Origin: Chrysomallon squamiferum | Lineage: Eukaryota > Animalia > Mollusca | Assembly (NCBI GenBank): GCA_012295275.1 | Contig: CM022673.1 | Location: 5,394,001-5,458,000 of the forward strand | Reading direction: 5' to 3' | Length of the DNA stretch: 64,000 nt | Shown: piece after piece, positions 13,543 through 25,987 of the stretch | How positions within the stretch are numbered: the first letter of the stretch is position 1 | Layout: each line of letters starts with the position of its first letter | The notes under the pieces: model-generated | Told to the model about the DNA's origin: nothing | Databases searched by the model: none | Seen by the model: only the letters and a program-made list of their open reading frames with translations | Translations under genes and position numbers: made by a program

Positions 13543-15473
13543 TGTCTACAAAGGTATTCGACTCTGTCAGTTTAATTTTGTTTGCAGACTGCTCAGTCGT
13601 GTGTGGATCCAACAGGCGTCAGCTGTCTTTGGTATTTTTGGTAAGAATTAATTAAATGTATTTCATTTTTAAAATTTATATTCATTATTTATTTATCAGA
13701 TCATTTTTATTTCGCCTCTCAGTTGCTTTTTTATTCTTAATTATATTAAAAATGATTTTTTTTTTTTTTTTTTTTTTTTGTGAAAAGCAAAGGGAAGATA
13801 TAAAGTAAATACAAATGTTTATGTAGTTAATTTCTGACGTTTCGCTTTATAGTACAATAATAAAATAAAAAAATTAAATTTATTTATTTATTTTATTTTA
13901 TTTTAATTTTTTTTTTTTTTTTTTGCAGGTTTATTCTTTTCTGGACTGGGATAGGAATTTTCGTTATTGTTGTCTGCTTGGTGAACAAATGTCAACAGAA
14001 GTTAAATAAGATAGACGACATTTTTCTCACAGGTAAAAAACGAACAAACAAACAAACAAGTAAATAAATAATAGAGGGATATTACTTATAATCAGGTCTA
14101 ACATTTACAACAATCAAAATGCAAAAATCAAAAATCAGTTTTAGGCTTTGACGAGTAATTTGCTTTTCTAAGGGATAGGCCTGTAAACAAACAAAAAAAC
14201 AACAACAAAAAACTAAAAACTAAACCAAGCCAGCAAAAAGACACATCTTTTCTTTATCCCGTTCTAACAAATATAGAATCCCCACCACTATAAAATAATA
14301 TAAAAATAACTATGATCACGATGGTACTAAATACAAGCATAAAGCATTGAAATGTTCATTTATTTATCTATCGTTATTTCTTTCAAAATTATGTTAAGGG
14401 CTAGAGGCTATTTTTGTGTCTAAAGCACGAAACAATAAAAAATACCCACATTATTATCAACATTATTATTATATTTGTCTTTTGATTACTAACAGATAAG
14501 CCTCGCCTGCTGATAAAACAATGACAGAATACGGTCAAACCTCTTTATAACAATGTGCTCAAGTGTTTTTCCTGTGCTCAAATATCATAATTTTCTAGAC
14601 GTTTATGGCTTAGTTACATAGCTGACAACACTAACTAATAACAAGAAAATATTTTTGAATGTTTCAGATGAAAAAAAAGTCAAACAAAAGACAGTTATTC
14701 AGCAGATTATTTGTCCAGACGAAAAGGATAAGTTTAATAATAAAGACAACGCGTCTACATCGACATCCGAGACAGGGAGTAGATCGTCGACACCTGAGAC
14801 AGTGAGTAGATCGTCGACACCTGCTCATCAGACAAAGAATGATCTGGGCACCGGTGTCAGCGAAAAAGCGACCGATGACCGGAAGTGGACACTACCGGTG
14901 TCATATTACCAGTCGCACGAAGTAAATGAACTAAATCCTGACTTAGAAAACATATCACAGTCTGTTACGCAACAGAACTTCGTCAGAACTTCGTATCACG
15001 AAGGGACACTGAAATACAATTCAAGTCATTTGAACTACTCGTCTGCGCACTTTCATCAAGAAGTCAAACCTGATAACCCTCCAGGACAGCTGTATGTACA
15101 GTCGTTAGTGAGAGAAGAAACACGTTTCGACAGCAGCGATTCCACGGATGTGAAACACAAGGACAGTGCCAAATATAAAGATGCGGAGATATCCTCCTAT
15201 GATAAAAATATAGAGAGTAGGTTTGTAGCAAAAGTGTTGGCTTTAGAATCCAGAGATTTTAGCGATAGAGGCGTGATAAATGAAACCCCCTTTCTTACCA
15301 ATTACCGGGATCTAAGTCCAGATGTCGCTAATAACGAGAGCGATAAAAGAAACGAAAGAAACGTAGTCTTCTCAAAACAGAACTACGAAATAACGATACC
15401 CGGAGAAATTGAAGAACTGGAAATGACGTCAAACACTAGCGCCACCGGAAATGACGAATCTGTTTCCCGCTGA
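10253..15473 (+). CDS. Uncharacterised single-pass type I membrane protein, 339 aa, 4 exons (10253-10309, 13588-13640, 13929-14032, 14668-15473); TM start resembles VOPP1/WBP1-like proteins
   Basis: Splice sites CAG|gtaagt, ttgcag|ACT..TG|gtaaga, ttgcag|G..G|gtaaaa and tttcag|AT have compatible phases (0, 2, 1); total 1020 nt. Protein: MKSVHSYLYGFLLLLSLLQTAQS-CVDPTGVSC-LWYFWFILFWTGIGIFVIVVCLV-NKCQQK...ESVSR*. Confidence 0.8.
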
Positions 15474-15551
15474 CGTCGCTAATACTGTGCTCCTGTTATG
15501 TGTGAACTTCAAAAGCAGACAAAAAAAAAATAATAATAATAATAATAAAAA

Positions 15552-15606
<55 letters not shown>

Positions 15607-15929
15607 TAAAATAAAATAAAATAAAATAAAATGACAATAAAAATATAAATAATAGTAATAATAATAATAAAGAAAAAATAGAAAGAAAGAAAAATGATTA
15701 TACCATGGCCATATTAAGTAACTATAGGCCTAAAACACTTTGTGAAGAGAACTTCGCAAATGATGATTCGATAAACCAAGTGGAAATAATATTAAACATA
15801 TCATTTAATTCATTCTCTTTATTATATGTATCAAAATATTATAGATAAAGTTATGATTCAATATCACAAGTGTCAATTTTAATTACGTGCTTGACCTGAA
15901 CAAATTCATGTAACTTTATTTATAGAAAA

Positions 15930-15968
<39 letters not shown>

Positions 15969-17230
15969 CAACAACACAAAATACTTTGTTTTAAACGTTT
16001 TAATGAGAAAGTAAAGTAATAAAAAAATAAAAAATAAATAAAATAAATAAAATAAAATAAAATAAAATAAAATAAATGTATTATGAATAAATAAAGAAAG
16101 AAAACTAAGAAGAAAAATAAGAAATAGAAAACAGGAAGGGGAAATAATCTCTGCTACTTACTTTACAAGAGTTACTCTTCAATATTAAATTGTTTTTTAT
16201 TTATTTATTAATTTACTCAGACAGATTTTTTTCATTGTTTATGTAGCTGTTTATTTATTTATACATTATTTGATCTAGTTATTAATTTAGTCATATAGAT
16301 TTCCTTGACTGCTCATGAACCTGTTTATTTATTTATACATTATTAGTTCATTCATTTATCTATAAATTCCTTTCTTTATTTTATTTATTTTTAAAAATTA
16401 CAAACTAAAATTTATAATTATTTTGCATAAATTTATACTTTAATAAACAGTAAAAATATATTAGACATCTCTAATTACTTAAGAATAAAAATTAACATCT
16501 TCTGTCCACATTGTATATAAAAATTTAACACAGCTGTCAGTTATATTTATAAATATTCAGAAATAACCCAGGAAGCTGACAAACCTCATATTAGAGGTTG
16601 CCAAATGGATATTAGTTACAGACAGGCCATGACATGTAAAATACACCGACTGCTCAACATAATGTTATTTCAAACACAAAACTTTGCAAGGATTGTTTTC
16701 ATTATTTACAGAAAAACAACGTTGACAAATCCAGTGTCAGAAAATGTTGATAAAAATAATAAATGCATAAACAGTACTGATCAGTACACAACAGAAACTG
16801 ACAAATATATGAATGAATGAATTATATATTTTATTTATATTTAACAGAGATCATAGAAGTATATTTAAAACTGCATAGCATATAATACACAAACACCATA
16901 AGGCATTGTATGTTGATATTACCAACTAACGTGACTGAAGGCTTTGATAGAAAAAAATATTCGCCGACACTGAGAAGAAGTAGAAAAATTAAAAAGAAAC
17001 GTGTGTTAACACATCAAAACACATAAAAACGTATACATAATGTAGATATATAAAAAACATAGATATAATCATAAACACAAACACACACACACACACACAG
17101 ACACACACACACACACACACACACTTAAAAACATATATATATAAACATAAAAAATAATTTCCTATAAAAAGGAAGGTACATTTTTGGCCGGTTACTAAGA
17201 ATTGTCAAAACGTATAAAAATAAAAGAAAA

Positions 17231-17269
<39 letters not shown>

Positions 17270-17277
17270 CATTATTA

Positions 17278-17331
<54 letters not shown>

Positions 17332-17456
17332 TATTATTATTATTCATATTATTATTATTATTAAGCAAATTAGATTATAGATCATATAAGCCTTATAAAG
17401 AAGTAGAAATCCTATAAGCATGTATATTTATATAATCTAAACATGAGAGGACTACA

Positions 17457-20063
17457 TTACAAAGTGTCTTCATTTATAATGGCTGACGTATTGTAATATA
17501 TGTGTCTAAATATCGAACCCACGGTAGTATTCCAAGTCTTAATGTCCTCTGCGTTATGTTCTGTTCCATGTTTTCTAATCCACAAATGGACAATGTAGTT
17601 GTTTTCCTTCCAGTCATAAAGTTTGCCAACCTCGTACAACTGGAGAAGTTCCATCCAGTTAGGTCGATGTAAAGATTTTTGTTCGGTGTGTATTAAGTTT
17701 TTATATTCTTTGGCTAGTCTCGCCGGTAAATACACAGAATGTTCTGCCCATTGTTGGTCTTGGAAAGTCTTGTATTTTGTATGCCAGATCTTGAGGAAGT
17801 CTGCCCAAGCCTTTGCAATGATTACACCATTACATAAACCACTGTCGTGTTCGTAACCCATCACCATTTCGTATTTCAACAACGGGTCCAGAGATTTGAC
17901 GGCCATAGCGTCAAGATCAAGATATATCCCGCCGAACTCCATAACAGCCTCGAGGCGTACAATGTCAGTGGCGTGTTCAGAAACCTGAATGGGATTCCCA
18001 TAAATTTGCGTTGGCGTATCTCGGTAGATTAAGATAATCTCTGGGACTTTTTGTCGCATTTCTTTGAAATAGTCTCCCTCCGGAACCATATCCAACCAGA
18101 AAAAGATTCTGTCTGGTTTGATGAATTTGTAGGCAGCTAAAATAGCTAACATATGATGAAAGCGAAAATGGTTTTTCTTTTGGCCGCCATACCACGTAAA
18201 ATGAACTAAGCGTGGAATGACTCGTTCCGTGTGTTCGATATTCTTGGAGTATCTGACTGGTAAATTTAACTTTTCGTTAAAAGTCGTGTTTCTGACGTAA
18301 GTATAAAACGGATCAGTCGCTTTTTTCTTGCAAATATTTGTCTTCACATATAACTTTTTACTCGCTGAATCTGACGGTTTAACTTTCTCTGGTGTAGCGA
18401 TGTCAGAATTTCCGTAATAAATATATCTGAATATAGAACCAGCCGTCGTGTTCCACGTTTTAATATCGGTCGGATTATGCTCTATCCCGTGTTGGCGAAT
18501 CCACAGATGAACAATGTAGTTGTTCTCTTTGTAGTTGAAGAGATTTCCATCTTTATACAGCATCTTCGCTTCCTCGGGCGTATAATTCGGTCTATGAAAC
18601 GATTTCTCTTCTGTATGTATTAACTTAGGATATTTCAAGGCCAGGATCGCCAAGACCTGTACTGAATGATACTGCCACTGGTTATCATCGAACGTTTTGT
18701 ATGCTTCGTGCCAAATCTTTAAGAATTCTGCCCACTTGACGCCAATGATAACTCCGTTGCAAAGCGCATCCTTCCCTTCGTATCCCATCACCACGTCGTA
18801 TTTAAGAAGAGGATCCAAAGGCTTGACGACAATAGCATCCAGGTCGAAGTACATTCCGCCATATTCCAAAATGGCTTCCAGACGTACGATATCGGTAATG
18901 TGTTCGGCGACTTTCACAGGTCGACCATATATTTCTTTTGGAGTTTTGCGATGGATCAGAAACAGTTCTGGAACCTTTTCTTTTAATTCCTTGAAATAAT
19001 ATCCTTCTGGAATAAGATCAAACCAAAAATAAATCCGTTCCGGTTTCACAAATTTATGGGCAGCTAGAATGCTGATCAGGTGGTGAAATCGGAAATGGTT
19101 TTTCTGGGGCCCACCAAACCACGTGAAGTGCACCAATGACGGTATTACTCTTTTATCGTGAACGATATTCTTGTTTGTGTTGACAGGAGAATTGAGCATT
19201 TTATAGAACGTGTCATTACGTTTGTATGCAGTTTTGAAGTGTCATTTCTGAAAAAGAAATCAATTGAAAAAAAATAAAAATACCAGTTACAGAAGTATGC
19301 GAGAGAAATAAGACGCAAGCAAAACTAAAAATAATATTAGTACCTTGAAACTTAACTCATGTATAACAAATATCTAAAAAGATAGTAAATGAAATACATA
19401 TAACATATTTTGGCTATAATAATAAAATTAAAAATCTTCGAGTTATTCAAAGTAGATTTCAGCAGTTTAAATTTTATATAAGCTTTACATTAAAGATAGT
19501 GTAAATTGATTTTTTATATCTGGAAAGAATTACTTTATTTGTTACTAGCTACCCATTTAAGCGAGTGTAATAGTAATAAAAATGAATGGAAGCTGACATT
19601 TTTCTTGACCTCATTATGTAGATTAGAAATAAATTTCACAACATTAAATTTCTTACTTCTGAGTGTCTTGTCAGTGGTAGTTTCTCCCAGAGTTATGTAC
19701 ATATATTTTACTTTTGTGTTGTCTATGAAGAACATATAAACAGTAAGAAGAAGAGCGGCAGCGAAAAACAGAATCGCAAAGAAAAGTCGATTCACTCGAA
19801 ACAGTGAAGCTTTTGGGTTACCTGCAAAAACAAAAATTAAATATGTTAAATCACGTTATCATCAATCTAAAAATAATATAAAGGATTGGCTTTTTATGTT
19901 TAATTTAGGTTCGTCTGCAGTTATTTCCTGCGAAATAAAATATTACTCAAGAACGCAGAAATAGGTGGGGTATTTATTTATTTATTTCGGTATTTATTTA
20001 TTTTTCCATTATATATTATTGGCAGGTTAATGTTACTTTCTGTTTCAAAATAGCTTTTTCTCT

Positions 20064-20158
<95 letters not shown>

Positions 20159-22557
20159 TGTAATATATTAATGAACAATGTAATGTTTATGAAACAGTTT
20201 CCTATTTGTTAATATGTCAAAATGACCACGGCTTTTACTAAATATTCTACATCTTTTTCTCACGAGTGGGAGGGAATATTTAATACATATTTTATTTCTA
20301 AACAATTTACTGCAGTGTTATATTCACTCGACAGTGGTTCCTCGACTTAGATATTTTGCTTTGAGTTACGAGCCAAAATCCGAATTACGAGTGAATGTCA
20401 GATATGTATGCACTAGTTGCCACAACCAATAACACAACGTCCGTATTTTGTGCAGTATTTTGCCAAATTTCCGTTTTCGACCATGAATCCTAAGGAAGTG
20501 AATGCAAAGGACAGTGCTGAGAAGAAGAAGTGGATGATGTCCTTTGAATTAAAGCATGAAATCATAGAAAAACTTAAGCGAGGTGTGGATGTAGTCGACT
20601 TGGCTACGCAGTAGAAGCGTAGTACTTCTACGACATGTACCGTACTGACGCAGGAGTTGATAAAGGCTGTAACTCCAGCCAATAATAAGTCTTATCTCCA
20701 ACATAAATACACTTTACAAAACCAATTTATTTACATTCTGTTTTATTTTATTTTTATGCAATATTTGTCATTTATAAATACATTTTTCTTATTTAAAAAC
20801 ACTTTACAAAAAAATGGGGTGTTTTTTTGGGAGGGCTTGAACGGATATATGGTATTTTAGTTAATTTCAGTTGGGAAAATTGATTTGATATATGCGCAAA
20901 TTGAGTTACGAGCTTGGTGACGGAACTAGTAAAAATCATTTAAATGTATCTGTTGAATGTTGGAAAATAATGCATTGTTTATAGAGCATGAATTCCAATT
21001 TCTAATTCCGTCCGTTTTGGTCATTCACGGTGAAAGACCTAGATCTCTATACTTTCATACAGCGATAATGTTGTTGATAGGTAGCATTCGAAGGATAAAA
21101 ACAAATGTATACGTCTATTTGTATGTTCACTGAAGGTCAGAAGAAATAAAAAGAGTTTTCATAAAATCGTGACTGTGTGATTATGTCAAGTGACATTCCC
21201 AAAGCAAAAACATTTTTATCTACCTGGTTATTATTCACTTTAAAATGAGTTTGAAATAATCACACCAGCAGCTGGGCAAAATTTTAATTTTTTTAAGGCC
21301 AAAAATGTTAGAGCATCAAGGCAAACTGGAGTAGCAATAAAGCAAAGAAAAGACGTCAAGATTACTTAATTTGTATCACGTTTTCATTGTAATCACTGAA
21401 ACTCCCGCAGCTTGTAGCAATGTTAACCAAAATGACTGCGTCAAATAATTTATAGGTTATGGACGAACGATAATACAGAAATAAATATGTTTATTTATTT
21501 ATACGCTGTAACCGAACGACTGAAGGTCAGAAGAAACAAAACGTGCTTTCAAAATTTCGTAACAGTATGAATATGAAGTTTGTATAAATTTAGATCGACC
21601 CAGATCAACAAAAAAATATTTTAACTGAATAACTGAAGCTCAGAAGATTGAAAGGTGTCGGTAGTCTATCGCCTTAAAATTGTTTGTCACAACAGGGAGT
21701 GGACAAAAACATACTGAGGTACATGGTCATTCACCGGAAAATTATTTTGAAACAGCATTTGACTTAATTTTCGATGTGCTTTCATAGAAGTCATTGACGT
21801 TGCCACAGCTTTTGGTTACATTACGGCATTTAACTTTACAAAACAACGTTCGTGTCAATGATTTATAATGATTTTAAAATATCTCTGCACAGCTGACGGA
21901 AGACTTACTAATATTCTAACTTGAAATTTCTAGTTAACAAATAAATGACATAATAAGGACATTATTACAAAATCTGAAGGAGAAATACTTTACTTTACTA
22001 CTACTATGAAAACTACAGTAACAGCATGTCCCGTCATAGCTTATAGGAAAACCTAAACCTAATGTACGTCTACACGATTTTCTGAATAAAGACAGCATGA
22101 CAAGAATATATTTACGAATAAATATACGAATAAATTTAGTAAAACATATTGTAAAATGTTCTAAGTTATATTTTATAAATTATATATATGCACACATTAT
22201 GTTAGAAATTATATTAGAAATAGTTTTAAAAAGATATTTAAATGTCTTGTGAAACTGTATTTGTGTAATTCGTGAACCTTTCTCTTTATAATTTTCAAAT
22301 GTATTTCAGGAATTCCATACGAACCGAAACTCTTTACAATTTTATTATAACTGAAACAGATTTTATGAACGTAAAAATGTTTTTGCCCGCTGCTGAAATA
22401 TACTGGTTAATTGACTGACTGATTGTGAAAGAATAACTGGCGACAGCCAACACAGCAACGCCAATTAACGACATCTTCGATATTTATGAAACACTAAGGC
22501 TTTTCAATCTGCGGTTAATTGTTGTTGTTCATCCAACTATCATGCCTTAAATCTTTA

Positions 22558-22609
<52 letters not shown>

Positions 22610-23122
22610 TTACATGCCTGTTTACCGCCGCCTTACTGAACATTATCAATTTGTTAATTAGTTATTAAACTCAGTATTTCAAAATGTTAATAAAGACCAT
22701 GTCATTTATTAAACTAATAAGAACAAAATAGTATGTTAATATTAACGATTTCAACAGCTGACTACTTTTTTCTTCAGATTTTCTTTAGGTTTTAAAATAA
22801 ATGTATTAATTAATTTAATTAATAAATAAAATAAATAAATACTAATAAGAACAAAAACAATAATGAAACTGCACAACATGTAAAATAGGTAGATAGATAA
22901 ACATCAATACACGCGCACATATACGGATTCACACAAAAACATAAATAAATAAACACGGCCACATTCATCATACAAACATATACACACATATATATCTACA
23001 TACATACATACACGTGCATATTCAGTATTTGCCATATGTCTAATAATTCTCTTAACATACACATACACACAGATACAGGGAGAAAATGAGAGTAAATAAA
23101 TAAAATTATAATACTTACTCAT
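17457..23122 (-). pseudogene. GT-A: two-domain GT32 (alpha-1,4-GlcNAc/Gal transferase-like) gene with a 47-bp frameshift deletion near the start of exon 3; exons 23119-23122, 19657-19821, 17457-19247
   Basis: 580-aa ORF with two IP..VHFTW / DIVRLE...GG.Y.DLD / HLW modules. The TM exon reads NPKASLFRVNRLFFAILFFAAALLLTVYMFFI. Relative to B, C and D, 47 nt are missing at ~19227, so the spliced frame reads ...KMTLQNCIQT*. Confidence 0.85.
20332..20926 (+). mobile_element. Tigger/pogo-family DNA transposon relic (internally deleted) in intron 1 of GT-A
   Basis: Begins with a TIR-like CAGTGGTTCCTCGACTTA. 20483-~20680 translates MNPKEVNAKDSAEKKKWMMSFELKHEIIEKLKRGVDVVDLATQ*KRSTSTTCTVL, a CENP-B/psq-type HTH N-terminus of Tigger transposases. 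Absent from the paralogous introns of B and D. Confidence 0.8.
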
Positions 23123-23406
23123 AATGTTGTTGATTTTTTTTTTTTTTTTTTTTCTTTTTTTCTTCCCCTTATTTTGATTTCATTTTCTTTGCAATATTTA
23201 TCGTTCCATAAGAAATATTTCACATCTGTTGCCTCTCGGTGTTTCTGATTATGAAAGTCTCTCTCTGTGTGTGTGTTGGCGTGCGAGATCGGTTTCAAAC
23301 AGGACACAAAGACTAGCTGTTGATATTTCTGTTGTTCACCTCGCTGACGTTACAACGAGCAGACCACTAGAAATTCAGGTTCGACCCTCCTTTTCATTGG
23401 ACGGCA

Positions 23407-23467
<61 letters not shown>

Positions 23468-25775
23468 TGTTGTTGTTGTTGTTTAAATTAATATAAATGT
23501 TTTAGTCTTTTTTTAAATTTTATTTTATTTTATTTTTAATGTCAGTTTAATGAAAGAGCGGGAATACAAGTATAATTACATATTTTAGTTTTCCAGTGTT
23601 TATACACCAGCTGAACCGTTACTTTTCTATTTAACATATCTGCAGGTTATCATGGGGCTGAGAGAGTGACCTGCTTTTGTGCGGACACCGATGTCGCTGT
23701 GGTTATGTAATAATGCTAAAAAGGAGACTGGCCATGACCCTGATGTTCATGGTGGTTGTCGTTGTGATAAAGACACCGATGACGCGACGGTCGAAAACAC
23801 AGTTAATGAAAAAAAATGATATGTCTTTGTAGTGGTGAAGTCCACTGTTTGTATTTATTTCAGAGGCAAAATTCAGCTGCAGAAATAAACTGGTTAATAC
23901 ACTGATTGATTGTGAGAGATTAATTGGCCAAACAAGCGATTAAATAATACGGCTGTTAGGACAAACAAGCGATTAAATAATACGGCTGAACGTGTCATTA
24001 AAGTGAACACTTACTCAGAATCCAAACCAGTTTTCAAATATGTTTCAGGTTACATGTTAAAACTGAACCCGATGAGCAGCAGTCATCCCAACATGTTTAA
24101 ATTCATAGATATGATTAAGAGATAACAGGCCTTTGTTGAAACTACAGTTTTACAGTTAAGACTTGGTGAAAGACAAGCACCGAAACGTAGGAATACCAGC
24201 AAATTGACTTTGACCTATACCAGCAGCATATGCTCCTTTTGAAATGTTATAAGTAATTGTTTATCCTTGACTGCTTCAGTAATATATAACAATAAGTGCG
24301 GGCACAATGAGGTGAACCCGCAGACATTTTTACTTGCCTGAAGTTGGCAAAATCACGTTTAGTTCATTACAGGAAATGTTGACAAAAATAATAATTACAT
24401 AAATATTACCGACATTAATAAATAACAGAAACAGACAAATTTACGAATTAGTTAATTAAAGATAAACTGCCGACAAACTGATTGTTAATTACAAAACAAC
24501 TGTTGACAAACTCGGTATTAACTAAGATAAAATGACGCGCCATTAGCTGACAGACAGAGAATAGTTTGACCATCCTTATTAAATAATAACATGTAACCAG
24601 ATCAGAAATTCTTTGTCAATTATTTATAGATAATTGATTAAAAAAAACGTTCACAAACTGCAATGATAATGAATCACATTTAAATTGTCATCGAATTTTG
24701 TATGCGTTAATAATATGGCATAGAGAGCATTTAATATGTATGTATATATAACAGAGATCACAGAAATACATTTAAAACCGTTTAGCACATAACATACAAA
24801 CAGCATTAGGCACAATATGTTGTACAAATAATAATGATAATAAACTACAAATCTTGTATAAAACATAGCGACTTGTTTGAATTGTAAATCACAATGTATT
24901 AAAAATCGCACCCCACTATGAAAAGTGATTGTAATACTGTGGCACTGATAGTACTGGTAGCTGCTCCAATTGTTGTAGCAGACATTGTAGCACTATCTGT
25001 AACTGTATTAACAGAATAAGTAGTGTTGTTACTAGTCACTGTTAGGTGGTTGAAATAATAGTTAGTGTACTGTTTGTGGTAGAAGTAGTAGTAGTAGTAG
25101 TAATAATGGAATTCTGGCAGTGTGGAAAATACAAATGCAGTAAAATGTTATAATTTGTAAATTTATTATAATTATAAAAATATAGTTTTTTACTGACAGA
25201 TCTTATTATGCAGACATGTACATTACAAATGCGCCTTTAGTATTTTCTCCTACTACTACTAGTACTACCAACATCGGCACCACTTCATAACCACTGTTAC
25301 CTATACTACTACTACTGCTGGGTCAATAACTTGTACAACAACAACTATTATAATACTACTTTGAAAGTAATATGTTACATATATGTACGTATTTTGTTGT
25401 TGAAATATCAATATCACTGATGAATGTTGCGGGGTTTTCATTTATTCTCGTCTCTTATTACCCACTGTATAAAATGTCATGGCAGTTTTGGTATCACAAG
25501 ATAAGAGATGTTGTATACCCTTGGTTTCAGTGTAGACATAAACACATAAAAACACACGAAAATGTATATATAATATATACATATATAAAAACGTAGACAT
25601 AAAGATAAAAACATATATATACATACATACATACATATACATACATATTCGTACGTCTTATGTTTACTATAAAAAGGAAGGCACATTTTTCGCCGGATTC
25701 TAAGTATTGTCAATACGTATAAAAATAAAAGAAAATATTTTAGTGATTAATTTGGATAAAAGCTCGATATAACGA

Positions 25776-25823
<48 letters not shown>

Positions 25824-25987
25824 TAGAAATATTTTAAGGAATAATTTATTCTCTACATGAAATAATGACATTAAGCAAATTAGGTGATCGATCACATAAG
25901 CCTTATAAAGAAGTAGAAATCCTATAAGCATGTATATTTACATAATCTAAACATCAGAAAACTATGTAAGAAAGTAACAAACGTCTC

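Noticed and set aside
17457-17471. C-terminal EDTL of A and D as a KDEL-like ER retrieval signal
   Set aside because: Lacks the -EL ending; reflects a GAA/TAA difference from the other copies, and both carriers are null.
17623-18999. Overlapping or antisense ORFs inside GT exons (17623, 17847, 17977, 18697 and counterparts)
   Set aside because: Shadows of the GT coding frame; they recur only because the gene is duplicated.
21128-21650. Three diverged ACTGAAGGTCAGAAG-containing repeats in GT intron 1 as possible snoRNAs
   Set aside because: No C box or terminal stem on the host strand; more simply old local duplications.
23640-23810. Possible exon or transposase fragment (ctgcag|GYHGAERVTCFCADTDVAVVM*) and a ~27-bp tandem pair at ~23930-23990
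   Set aside because: Short, stops quickly, with no partner exons or further motifs.
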